The position numbers were made by a program, and so were the translations under genes. From assembly GCA_902587315.1 (NCBI GenBank), contig CACIKW010000001.1:29844-93843 (forward strand): a DNA stretch of 64,000 nucleotides. Direction: 5' to 3'. Every line of letters starts with the position of its first letter. Position 1 is the stretch's first letter. The stretch is from an uncultured Pelagibacteraceae bacterium (GTDB taxonomy: Bacteria > Pseudomonadota > Alphaproteobacteria > Pelagibacterales > Pelagibacteraceae). The notes beneath the pieces were generated by a model that saw nothing but the letters and a program-made list of their open reading frames with translations, made no database searches and was not told the origin of the DNA. This document shows, piece by piece, positions 1-9,264 of this stretch.

Positions 1-1252
1 TGTCTGGACCATGCTTATATAACAAAGATAAAATTATTGTATTAATACATACAGATTTTCCCGATCCAGTTGTTCCAGCTATTAACAAATGTGGCATAGA
101 TGATAAATCGCTAGTTATAGGAATTCCAGAAATACTCTTACCAAGAGCAATAGGCAAATCAATTTCTTTTTTTGAAAAGGATGAGTGATTTATAATTTCA
201 CGAAGATATACATTTTCTCTAAAAGAATTTGGAAGTTCAATGCCAATAGTGTTACTTCCAGGTATTGTTGCTATTCTCGCAGATTCTGAACTTGTGTTAC
301 GTGCAATATCTTCAGATAAGTTTATTATTTTGGAGACTTTAATTCCAGCCGCGGGCTCAAATTCATTTAATGTAACTACTGGGCCACGACTTACTTTTTT
401 AATTTTTCCTTCCACACCAAAGTCTAATAATATTTTTTCTAAAAAAGTTTCATCAATCGAATCTTTTTGTAAACTTTTGTCATTTTCTTTTTTTGAAGGT
501 GATTTTAAAAAATCAATAGTAGGTAATTTAAATTTTTTTGATAATTTTTTTGTTTCAGATGTACTAGTTGAAAAAGGTAAATTTTCTTGTATTAAATTAG
601 TTGTTTTATTTTCATCGTGTGTTGTATTTTGTAATAAAATATCAGATGGTGAATCTAAATTTTTTTTATTAAATTTAAATAATTTTTTAATTAGCGAATA
701 AAAATCAACTATTGACTTTATACTAAAATTTATACTTAAAAGAAAAAGTGTAAAAATAATTATTAATAAAAAATAGTATGAAATATTTTTATTTAAATTC
801 AATATAGTAGATAGAAAACCATTATTAACAAAATTTCCAAAAAAACCACCATTACCATTAACAACTAGTAAAAAAGAATTAGAATAAAATGCTGAAAAAA
901 ATAATGAGCCAAAAAAACAATAAACAACTATGTAGAATAAATTGTCTATTATTATTATTATTTTTTTTGTTTTAAATATGTTTAACCCTGTAAAAAATAT
1001 ACTAATTGGTATTAAAAAAGATATTAATCCAATACTTTGAAAAAAAAGATCAGAAGTATAACTTCCGTGGAATCCTAAAAAGTTATTAGTATTTGAATTT
1101 GTTTGAAAAATAAAGTTTGGGTCTGCAGGAGAATAGCTTAAAAGTGCAGTTAATAATAAAATTGATATTAAAATTAGGCCTATCCCAATTATTTCCACAA
1201 CTCTTTTTATAGTAAAATCAAGGCTTTTATCAGTAAATTCTTTTATGTTCAT
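1..1252 (-). CDS. ftsK: DNA translocase FtsK (5' part; runs off window start)
   Basis: Not in the ORF track. Manual translation from ATG at 1252 gives MNIKEFTDK..., an N-terminal TM region (YSPADPNF..N.LG..G) and, near position 1, DLSSMPHLLIAGTTGSGKSVCINTIILSLL (FtsK Walker A). Confidence 0.95.
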   Translation of the reverse strand, partial: MNIKEFTDKSLDFTIKRVVEIIGIGLILISILLLTALLSYSPADPNFIFQTNSNTNNFLGFHGSYTSDLFFQSIGLISFLIPISIFFTGLNIFKTKKIIIIIDNLFYIVVYCFFGSLFFSAFYSNSFLLVVNGNGGFFGNFVNNGFLSTILNLNKNISYYFLLIIIFTLFLLSINFSIKSIVDFYSLIKKLFKFNKKNLDSPSDILLQNTTHDENKTTNLIQENLPFSTSTSETKKLSKKFKLPTIDFLKSPSKKENDKSLQKDSIDETFLEKILLDFGVEGKIKKVSRGPVVTLNEFEPAAGIKVSKIINLSEDIARNTSSESARIATIPGSNTIGIELPNSFRENVYLREIINHSSFSKKEIDLPIALGKSISGIPITSDLSSMPHLLIAGTTGSGKSVCINTIILSLLYKHGPD

Positions 1253-1317
1253 TTTAATATGAATCAGATTTGTAACTTTGTATCATTTAATTTTTATTGT
1301 TAAAATTAATTTTTATT

Positions 1318-2409
1318 ATGAATATTTGTTTAATAGGGAATAATCTGTCCAATTTGGTTTTAGCTAAAAGTTTGTTGGATAAAAAAATGAATGTGGACCT
1401 TTATTATAAACCAGAAATAATGGTCACAAAAAATACAAGAACAATTGGAATATCAGAAAGCAATTTAAATTTTATTAATTATAGTATATCTAATTTAGAA
1501 AAAATAAGCTGGCCAATCAATGAAATTAAAGTATTCAATGATACTAATCAAAAAAAACCAATTCTTAATTTTGAATCAAAAGATAAAAAGTTATTTTCTG
1601 TTGTCAAATATGATGATTTATTTAATAGGTTAAGTAATTTATTAAAGAAAAAAAAAAATTTTAAAAAATATATAATTAAAAAAAATTCATTATACAAAAT
1701 TAAATCAAGCAAAAAATATGATTTAATAATAAACTCTGATAAAAAAAATAGTATTACTGAAGATCATTTTTTTAATTTTATTAATAAAGATTATAACAGT
1801 ACAGCTTATACTACTTTAATAAAACATGATTATTGTAAGAACAATATGGCTTTTCAAATATTTACAAAAATTGGTCCATTGGCTTTTTTGCCATTATCAA
1901 ATAATAAAACATCAGTTGTATTTTCAGCAATTAATCAACCAAACAATATCGAAGATAAAATAATTAAAGAATATATAAAAAAATATAATATTAATTATAA
2001 AATAAACTCATTTTCAAAAATTCAAAAGTTTAAATTAATATTCTCATTTGCTAGGAAATATTATCATAATAATATTTTGTTATTTGGAGACGCACTACAT
2101 CAAATTCATCCATTAACTGGACAGGGCTTTAATATGACAATGAGAGATATCCAAATATTACTAAATTTAATTGATGAACAACAAAATTTGGGATTGCCAC
2201 TGGACAAAAGTTTGTTAATAAAATTTGAAAATAAAATTAAACATTTAAGTTTTATTTTTGCTTCAGGTGTAGATTTTATTCATGAGTTTTTTATTTTTGA
2301 TAATAAATTAAATAATTCAATAACAAAAAATGTTTTTAAATTTTTAGATAAAAGTAATTTATTTAACCATCATATACCAAATGTAGCTAACAGAGGTATT
2401 ATTTTTTAG
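1318..2409 (+). CDS. UbiH/UbiL-family FAD-dependent hydroxylase (ubiquinone biosynthesis)
   Basis: GDALHQIHPLTGQGFNM motif, GPLAFLPL and N-terminal RT.GIS. ATG 1318 preferred over TTG 1297. The N-terminal FAD motif is degenerate. Confidence 0.8.
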   Translation: MNICLIGNNLSNLVLAKSLLDKKMNVDLYYKPEIMVTKNTRTIGISESNLNFINYSISNLEKISWPINEIKVFNDTNQKKPILNFESKDKKLFSVVKYDDLFNRLSNLLKKKKNFKKYIIKKNSLYKIKSSKKYDLIINSDKKNSITEDHFFNFINKDYNSTAYTTLIKHDYCKNNMAFQIFTKIGPLAFLPLSNNKTSVVFSAINQPNNIEDKIIKEYIKKYNINYKINSFSKIQKFKLIFSFARKYYHNNILLFGDALHQIHPLTGQGFNMTMRDIQILLNLIDEQQNLGLPLDKSLLIKFENKIKHLSFIFASGVDFIHEFFIFDNKLNNSITKNVFKFLDKSNLFNHHIPNVANRGIIF

Positions 2410-2410
2410 T

Positions 2411-3043
2411 TTATTGAAGTGTTTTGTTACCAAAACTATCTACTAAATATGTTTTTAATATTTTTTCTAATTTTTCTTTTCTAGTTTCTAAATTAATACT
2501 TTCTAATAATATTTGTTTTTCTTCTAATGAAAAAGGAGAAGCCATTGAAAGAGTATTAATTGTTTGATCTAAACTTTGTTTTTCAATTTCTTTCCAATTG
2601 ATTATGTATCCCTTTTTTTTGAATAATGATTTTAAATTTTTAAATATAAGTTCTAAATCTGAAAATTTTATTTCTGTTTTTTTTTTATTTACGTCTTCAC
2701 TATATTCTTTAAAGCTTACATCAAATTTTCTATAAAGTTTATTAGATTCAATTTCTTTTAATATTTTAAATCTACTTAGACCATTCAAAACAATTAAATA
2801 TCTTCCATCTTCAGTTTCACTGAAGCTTGTGATTTTACCCGCGCACCCAATTTTATAGAGTTCCATCGCATCATTTTTTGGCTGAACCATTCCTATAATT
2901 CTGTCATTTTTCATACAATCATCGACCATTTGAATGTATCTTGGCTCGAATATATTTAATGGAACCATTGTATCTGGAAAAATTATAAAATTTGACAAGG
3001 GGAAAATAGGAATGCTTTTTGGTAAATTTAATATTTCCTTCAT
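2411..3043 (-). CDS. LON peptidase substrate-binding (N-terminal) domain protein
   Basis: IPIFPL..IIFP...PLNIFEPRY..MV motif, IGCAGKI, LEEKQ.LLE. Confidence 0.9.
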   Translation of the reverse strand: MKEILNLPKSIPIFPLSNFIIFPDTMVPLNIFEPRYIQMVDDCMKNDRIIGMVQPKNDAMELYKIGCAGKITSFSETEDGRYLIVLNGLSRFKILKEIESNKLYRKFDVSFKEYSEDVNKKKTEIKFSDLELIFKNLKSLFKKKGYIINWKEIEKQSLDQTINTLSMASPFSLEEKQILLESINLETRKEKLEKILKTYLVDSFGNKTLQ

Positions 3044-3077
3044 ATAAACATAATTAAAATATTAAATATAACATTGC

Positions 3078-3106
3078 TTGAATTAAAAAAAACCTCTATC
3101 TATAAT
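3078..3106 (+). promoter_or_regulatory. sigma70-type promoter of tRNA-Gly
   Basis: TTGAAT (3078-3083), 17-bp spacer, TATAAT (3101-3106), 12 nt upstream of the tRNA. Confidence 0.7.
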
Positions 3107-3118
3107 AACTTTTATTAT

Positions 3119-3193
3119 GCGGGCATAGCTCAGTGGTAGAGCGTCTCGTTGCCAACGAGAAGGTCGAGGGTTCAAGTCCCTTTGCCCGCTCCA
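3119..3193 (+). tRNA. tRNA-Gly(GCC)
   Basis: Acceptor stem GCGGGCA/TGCCCGC, D arm GCTCAGTGGTAGAGC, anticodon arm TCTCG-TTGCCAA-CGAGA, T loop GGTTCAAGTCC, encoded CCA. Confidence 0.97.
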
Positions 3194-3202
3194 TAAAAGA
3201 CC

Positions 3203-4681
3203 ATGAATAATTTTGAAACTGGTAAAAAGAAATTTGATCTCGGATTATCTTTTTTATTGGAAGAAAAATATGGTGAAGCAGAAATTGAATTTTTAAATTC
3301 ACTAAAATTAGTACCAGATAGAATTTCAACAATAAAAAATTTAATTTTAATTTATATTAAAACAGAAAATAAGAATAAATTATCAAAATTACTAATAAAT
3401 TTAAAACATATTAAAAATAAAACAGAAATAGTTTTCGCAAGAGCATATGAGTATTATTTTGATAAAAAATATGAAGAATCTATTAATTTATGTAATTCGA
3501 TTATAAATAAATTAGATAAAGAATTTGAATTTGAAACATTAGGTTTATTAGCCAGATGTTATAGGGAAAAATTTTATTTTTTAGAATCACTAAAAATTTA
3601 TAAAAAATCACTTTTTAAATTCAAGAAAAATTTTATTACTTATTCAAAAATAGGTTATCTATTTTTAGAGATAGGAAAATTAAAAAAAGCTAAAATTTAT
3701 TTTGAAAAAAGTCGTAAATTAAAACCAAATGATAAAATTAATTTGTGGAACCTATCATTCTGTTTATTAAAATTAAAAGAATTAAAAAATGGTTTTGTAT
3801 TGTATGAAAATAGGTGGGCGCCAGTAATTAGTTCAAAAAAAAAATATCAAAATATAAAAGAAGTAAAAAAATTAGACGAAGTTAAAGGAAAAAATTTACT
3901 TATTTGGGGTGAACAGGGACTTGGAGATAATTTATTGTTTTCGAGATTTATTTCGGGATTAATCAATTTTACAAATAAAATTACACTACAAGTCGGTGGA
4001 AATATAGAAATATTTAAATCATTATATCCGGAAATCAATATTGTTGATGGTAGCAAAATTGATACAAATCAATTTAATTATCAAATTCCTATTTGTAGCT
4101 TGCCACACATATTGGGAATTAATAAATCGGAAGATTTAAAACTTAATAAAACAAATTTGATTCAAAAAATAAAAAAACAAAATAATTTTAAATTAAAAAA
4201 AAATAAATTAAATATAGGATTTTCATTTTATGGCAATCAAAAGAGTACTTACGCTAAGTACCGATCTTTACCATTAAAATATTTTTATGAATTGTTAAAA
4301 AATAAAAATTTACAATTCTATAATTTGTCCAAGGGAGCAAGGCAACATCATCATTCAGATTTTGACTTTTTCAATATAATTGATTTAGGTGAAAAAAACT
4401 TTTTACAATTAGCAGAAATTTTAAAGGAATTAGATTTAATTATTTCTATAGACACGGCATTAATTCATTTATCTGGTACTTTAAATTTAGAATCTTATCT
4501 CTTATTAAATTTTAATTCAGATTGGCGCTGGTTTAATGATTATGAAAATACAATTTGGTATCCAAACGTAAAAATAATTAAACAAGATAAATTTAATAGA
4601 TGGGAAAAAGTTATTGAAAAAATAACAAAAATTATTAATAATAAAATTAATAAGAAATTTAATGAGCAAATTAGCAAATAA
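3203..4681 (+). CDS. TPR-repeat protein with C-terminal GT-B (GT9-like) glycosyltransferase domain
   Basis: N-terminal TPR-like helices; WGEQGLGD..LFSRF, YQIPICSLP, LDLIISIDTALIHLSG and DWRW...WYP motifs. Confidence 0.8.
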   Translation: MNNFETGKKKFDLGLSFLLEEKYGEAEIEFLNSLKLVPDRISTIKNLILIYIKTENKNKLSKLLINLKHIKNKTEIVFARAYEYYFDKKYEESINLCNSIINKLDKEFEFETLGLLARCYREKFYFLESLKIYKKSLFKFKKNFITYSKIGYLFLEIGKLKKAKIYFEKSRKLKPNDKINLWNLSFCLLKLKELKNGFVLYENRWAPVISSKKKYQNIKEVKKLDEVKGKNLLIWGEQGLGDNLLFSRFISGLINFTNKITLQVGGNIEIFKSLYPEINIVDGSKIDTNQFNYQIPICSLPHILGINKSEDLKLNKTNLIQKIKKQNNFKLKKNKLNIGFSFYGNQKSTYAKYRSLPLKYFYELLKNKNLQFYNLSKGARQHHHSDFDFFNIIDLGEKNFLQLAEILKELDLIISIDTALIHLSGTLNLESYLLLNFNSDWRWFNDYENTIWYPNVKIIKQDKFNRWEKVIEKITKIINNKINKKFNEQISK

Positions 4682-5000
4682 AAGCTGTATACCTTGCAAA
4701 GGAAATATACCAGGTTTTGATATAAGTGAAATTCACAAATATCTTAAAATGGTTGATGGATGGAAAGTTGAATCTGATGAATCAAAAATTTATTATTTAA
4801 TCAAAGAATTTAATTTTAAAAATTTTCAGGAAAGTCTTAATTTTGTTAATAAAGTAAGTGAGATTGCAGAAAAAGAAGGGCACCATCCAGATATATGGTT
4901 TGGATGGGGATATGCAAAGATAAAAATTTTTACACATGCAATCAAAGGACTACATGAAAGTGATTTTGTTCTTGCAGCTAAAGTTGATCTAGTTTCCTAA
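4662..5000 (+). CDS. phhB: pterin-4-alpha-carbinolamine dehydratase
   Basis: C.PC.G, AEKEGHHPDI, THAIKGLHESDFVLAAKVD. Confidence 0.9.
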   Translation: MSKLANKSCIPCKGNIPGFDISEIHKYLKMVDGWKVESDESKIYYLIKEFNFKNFQESLNFVNKVSEIAEKEGHHPDIWFGWGYAKIKIFTHAIKGLHESDFVLAAKVDLVS

Positions 5001-6538
5001 TGTTTAAAATGTCTAGTTTTGGCAAAAACCAATATGGTTTTTGTTTCATTGGCAAATTTTATAATTTTTTTGTCATTAATTGAACCATATGGTTGAATTA
5101 CAGCTTTAACACCCGCTTGAACTAATCTTTCAAACCCATCTACAAAAGGGAAAAAAGCATCAGATGCAGCTATAATTTCATCTTTGTTTATTGACTTTTG
5201 AAATTTATTCATTTTATTTATTGCAATATTGCAGCTGTCAATTCTGCTTGGTTGTCCTCCCCCTATACCAACTGTGGAATTTTTATTTACCAAAACAATT
5301 GCATTTGATTTTACAAATCTACAAACATTAAATGCAAATATTAAATTGTTAAAAGTTTTTGAATTAGGTTTTTTTATTGAAACAACTTTAAAATTTTTTT
5401 TTGTGAATTTATTAATATCAGATTTTTGAATAAGCATAGTATTGAAATTTGATAAGATATTTTCAATATCAACCAATTTAACTTTATTTACATCAATAAT
5501 TCTTAGATTTTTTTTTCTTTTTAAAATTCTTAAAGCGTCTTTTTCAAAACCATTAGCAAGAACAACTTCAAAAAATAACTTATTTATTTCTGTTGCTAAC
5601 TTAACATTAACTTTAAAATTACAAGAAACTACACCTCCAAATGCACTTGTCGGATCACACGCTAATGCGTATTGATAACTTTTTAATTTGTCTTTATTGA
5701 TTGAAACACCACAAGGATTTGTATGTTTTACAATTACTGTTCCTTTATTTTTTGGAAGAGATTTTGATATAGTTAGCGAGGAAAAAATATCATTATAATT
5801 ATTATAACTTAATTTTTTACCATTTATTTGGACTAGATTTATATTTTCAAAAAAAGAATAAATAGCAGCTTCTTGATGAGGGTTTTCTCCATATCTTAAT
5901 TTTTCAATTAAGCTACCATATAAAATTTTTTTTTTAGGAAATTTTTCACCCAGAAGATTGTTAAAATAATTTGAAATTAAAGCATCATAGTATGCAGTTT
6001 CAGCAAAAGCTTCTTTAGATAATTTTTGTCTAAATGATAAAGAAGTTGAACCATTATTTTTTATTAACTCTGCTATAAGCTCTTTATATTGATTTGGATT
6101 GGTAATAACCACTACATCTTTATAATTTTTTGCTGCAGCCCGTACTAATGCCGGACCACCTATATCTATATTTTCTAAAATAATTTTATGACTTTTTGTA
6201 TTTTCTAAAGTTTTTTCAAAGGGATAAAAATTTACAACTACTAAGTCAATTTCTTTAAAATTATTTTTAGTCATATCTTTCTTATGTAGTTTGTTTTTTC
6301 TTTTACTTAAAATTCCAGCGTGGATTTTAGGATGTAAAGTTTTTACTCTTCCGTTTAATGTTTCAGGCGAACCTGTAAATTCAGAAACTTCAAGACATTT
6401 AAAACCAAGCCTCTTTATGTTTTTATATGTGCCACCAGAACTTATTAAATGCACTTTTTCTTTTACGAGTCTTTTTATCAAATTCTTTAAATTAGTTTTG
6501 TCCCATGTAGAAATTAAAGCTCTTTTTATTTTTTTCAT
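4997..6538 (-). CDS. purH: bifunctional AICAR transformylase/IMP cyclohydrolase
   Basis: GRVKTLHPKIHAGIL, ENIDIGGP, LRYGENPHQ, KHTNPCG, ASDAFFPF, RHFKH. Confidence 0.97.
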   Translation of the reverse strand: MKKIKRALISTWDKTNLKNLIKRLVKEKVHLISSGGTYKNIKRLGFKCLEVSEFTGSPETLNGRVKTLHPKIHAGILSKRKNKLHKKDMTKNNFKEIDLVVVNFYPFEKTLENTKSHKIILENIDIGGPALVRAAAKNYKDVVVITNPNQYKELIAELIKNNGSTSLSFRQKLSKEAFAETAYYDALISNYFNNLLGEKFPKKKILYGSLIEKLRYGENPHQEAAIYSFFENINLVQINGKKLSYNNYNDIFSSLTISKSLPKNKGTVIVKHTNPCGVSINKDKLKSYQYALACDPTSAFGGVVSCNFKVNVKLATEINKLFFEVVLANGFEKDALRILKRKKNLRIIDVNKVKLVDIENILSNFNTMLIQKSDINKFTKKNFKVVSIKKPNSKTFNNLIFAFNVCRFVKSNAIVLVNKNSTVGIGGGQPSRIDSCNIAINKMNKFQKSINKDEIIAASDAFFPFVDGFERLVQAGVKAVIQPYGSINDKKIIKFANETKTILVFAKTRHFKH

Positions 6539-8169
6539 GCTATTTTTTCAATTTCCCATTTTATTATTTGATCTTCATTTTGAGTAATTCCTGAAATAAA
6601 TATATTTTGATTTTCCGTAAAAGAATTTTTTTTCCCAAAATACAAACCTGTTTCTATATAAATATTATGATCTTTACAAAAAAATTTCCATCCGGAGTTT
6701 TCTAGTTCAATTAATATAGATCTATTGTCTTGTGTTTTGGTGATCTTAATATTAGGTAAAAAATGAAAGCGTATTTCAAAATTACTTGATTTAAAATTTC
6801 TTTTTTTAATTAATTTATCCTGACCAACTAATTTAAACGCATCTGATAAAAATTTTATTTCTCTTTCATGTATGATTCCATATTCTTTTAAATATCCATC
6901 GTGAGATCCATTTATATTCCAGTAGTTTTTTTCAGTAAAAATTTTTTTTTTCAAAATTTTTGACCCCTTTTCAACTTTTGAAATACCAGATAAGTTTTTT
7001 TTTAATTTTGTGGAAGATCTATTATCAACAACCAAAGTTGAATGATTAGCTGAAGATTTTGAAATCTGATTTAGTTGATGATTTTGTTTTTGAAAATAAC
7101 CAGAATTACAAATAATTTTTTGATTTTTATATAAAAATTCAAATGATAAAGAACCAGATTGATAATTAGAAGAAAATTTTTTTTCTGGAGGTGATCCTAA
7201 ATCCATTATTAATGCAAAATTTTTATTTTTAAGGATTGCATAACCACCGATAAAATTTATTTTATTATTAAATTTATATCCGTATTTTTCAAGATATTGG
7301 TCAAAATCAGAATGATCAGTTTCGTGATTTCCATTAAATAATAATGGTTGTTTAATTGATTGCCAAACAAAATTATATGCATTACCTAAATGGAAAATTA
7401 TTTCATTTATATATTCAGGTATTTCATTTTGAGATTCTTTTAGCCATTCTCTAATTAGCACTAAATATTTTAAATAAAAAAAAAGTTGTCGAAAATTTCT
7501 AGATTTAGGAAATCCATCTTGATCAAAAGAAAAATTGATAATTTTTTTTAGAAGATTAAGTCCATAATTAAGATAATTCTCTTTGTCTTGAAATGATAAT
7601 CCAGCAATAATTATAGCAGAACAACCTATCATTTTGTCGTCGACAGATTCAGATCTATCAATTTCATTTATTAAGTGATTTATTTGTTTTTTGATAATAT
7701 TATTAAATTTGTCTTTGTAATCTTTACTACTTTCTTCATAAGTTAATTTTGAGTTAGATATCCAAGAAATTATCCGTTTTGATAAAGTATCAATTTCCCA
7801 ATTATTTTGATTATAATTTTGATTTGAATCAATCCAATTTAAAATAATTGATTGAGTAACTTTTTTTGATGATTTTAAATCTATACTAAATAACCAAAAA
7901 AAACTGTGAAGTTTTTTATAATCATTTTGATTTATTTTTGTGTTAGTCCATATAGAATTTATAAAATAATCTTCAATATTCTTTTTCTTTTTGTCATATT
8001 TTATAATGCAATCTAATAGACTAGGACTGGGAGTATATTGTAAATCTTTATCATTAATTTTTGAAATTTTATTATTATAAAGTGATGAATTAAGATAAAA
8101 TTTTCTTAAATGATTTGATACAAGTAAAAAAAATTCATTAATTTGATTGAATGAACTTTTTATAATCAT
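6535..8169 (-). CDS. heparinase II/III family protein
   Basis: C-terminal LIMDLG.P, GSLSFE, IICNSG, HSTLVVD, GSHDGY...YGIIHER, IRFH motifs; rpe-heparinase-purH context. Confidence 0.8.
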   Translation of the reverse strand: MIIKSSFNQINEFFLLVSNHLRKFYLNSSLYNNKISKINDKDLQYTPSPSLLDCIIKYDKKKKNIEDYFINSIWTNTKINQNDYKKLHSFFWLFSIDLKSSKKVTQSIILNWIDSNQNYNQNNWEIDTLSKRIISWISNSKLTYEESSKDYKDKFNNIIKKQINHLINEIDRSESVDDKMIGCSAIIIAGLSFQDKENYLNYGLNLLKKIINFSFDQDGFPKSRNFRQLFFYLKYLVLIREWLKESQNEIPEYINEIIFHLGNAYNFVWQSIKQPLLFNGNHETDHSDFDQYLEKYGYKFNNKINFIGGYAILKNKNFALIMDLGSPPEKKFSSNYQSGSLSFEFLYKNQKIICNSGYFQKQNHQLNQISKSSANHSTLVVDNRSSTKLKKNLSGISKVEKGSKILKKKIFTEKNYWNINGSHDGYLKEYGIIHEREIKFLSDAFKLVGQDKLIKKRNFKSSNFEIRFHFLPNIKITKTQDNRSILIELENSGWKFFCKDHNIYIETGLYFGKKNSFTENQNIFISGITQNEDQIIKWEIEKIA

Positions 8170-8170
8170 T

Positions 8171-8830
8171 TTAAATAGATTTCAAGATTTCAATATTTTT
8201 TTTTATATCACCACTATTTTCTTTAAATATTGTTGTGCCAGATACAAGAATATTTGCTCCAGCTTCGATAACAGACTTGGAATTTTCAAAGTTTATTCCT
8301 CCATCTACTTCAATATCAAAATTCAAATTTTTATCTTTTTTTATTCTGCTTAACTCCTTTATTTTTGGAATCACATTAGGAATAAATTTTTGACCTCCAA
8401 AACCCGGATTAACACTCATGATAAGAACTAAATTTATTTTTTCTAAATATTTTTCGACTACCGAAATTTCTGTTTTAGGATTTAATGAAACACCTGCTTT
8501 TTTACCTAAATCTTTAATATGATTTATTGAGTCAATTAGACTATCCGTTGTTTCAGGGTGAATAGTAATAATATCTGCACCAGCATCCGAAAAATTTTTT
8601 ATATATTTGTGCACTGGCGATATCATCAAATGTACGTCAAAAGGTAATTTGGTATGAGATCTTAAGGCCTTAATTATAGGAGGTCCCAAAGTTAAATTTG
8701 GAACAAAATGACCGTCCATGACATCAACATGAATCATATCGGCACCGCCATTTTCTAATTTTTTTATTTCAGAGCTTAATTGACTAAAATCCGCTGATAA
8801 AATAGATGGAGATATTTGTATTTTTTTCAT
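8171..8830 (-). CDS. rpe: ribulose-phosphate 3-epimerase
   Basis: SPSILSADF, HVDVMDGHFVPNLT, MSVNPGFGGQKF, EVDGGI. Confidence 0.97.
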   Translation of the reverse strand: MKKIQISPSILSADFSQLSSEIKKLENGGADMIHVDVMDGHFVPNLTLGPPIIKALRSHTKLPFDVHLMISPVHKYIKNFSDAGADIITIHPETTDSLIDSINHIKDLGKKAGVSLNPKTEISVVEKYLEKINLVLIMSVNPGFGGQKFIPNVIPKIKELSRIKKDKNLNFDIEVDGGINFENSKSVIEAGANILVSGTTIFKENSGDIKKNIEILKSI

Positions 8831-8873
8831 TGATTACTAAATTACTAGTATCAATTTTTGTTTTTTTTTTGAA

Positions 8874-9212
8874 TCAATTTTTACCAAAAATTCTATATAT
8901 TTCTCCCGCAATCTCACTTTCTAATGGAAAAGATAGCATTCCCATTACCGAATATCCAAGTAAATAAGGCATTAAATAAAATCTAAACATATAAAAAAAC
9001 CAAGCTACATAAAGGGGGACCAAGGGTCCAATTATAAAGCTAGGTGTAATAAATTTAAATAGTTTAATTATTGGATTTGTATATTTCACAAATACTCTCA
9101 TGAAAAAGAATTCCGAATCTTCTCTTTGAAAAATGTTCATCGCTGATCTGCCAATAAGTGTCCACATTACAACTCCAAGAATGTAATCAATAACTAAAAT
9201 ATATAGAGGCAT
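8874..9212 (-). CDS. small membrane protein (YggT-like), downstream of the symporter
   Basis: Hydrophobic 112 aa with a YTNPII..F..ITP pattern reminiscent of YggT. Confidence 0.55.
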   Translation of the reverse strand: MPLYILVIDYILGVVMWTLIGRSAMNIFQREDSEFFFMRVFVKYTNPIIKLFKFITPSFIIGPLVPLYVAWFFYMFRFYLMPYLLGYSVMGMLSFPLESEIAGEIYRIFGKN

Positions 9213-9228
9213 TTCAAGAAATAATTAT

Positions 9229-9250
9229 GGAGGCGGAAATATCCGCCCCC
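9229..9250 (-). terminator. GC-rich hairpin after the symporter gene (terminator or mRNA-stabilising stem)
   Basis: Minus strand GGGGGCGGA-TATT-TCCGCCTCC, 9-bp stem with one G-U, followed by an AT-rich tail. Confidence 0.6.
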
Positions 9251-9264
9251 AAAATATAATTTAT

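Noticed and set aside
240-701. 153-aa + strand ORF
   Set aside because: Antisense shadow of ftsK.
3096-3332. 78-aa minus ORF
   Set aside because: Antisense to tRNA-Gly and the TPR gene.
6535-8169. Heparinase as a novel polysaccharide-degradation island
   Set aside because: The rpe-heparinase-purH arrangement is a common alphaproteobacterial core context.
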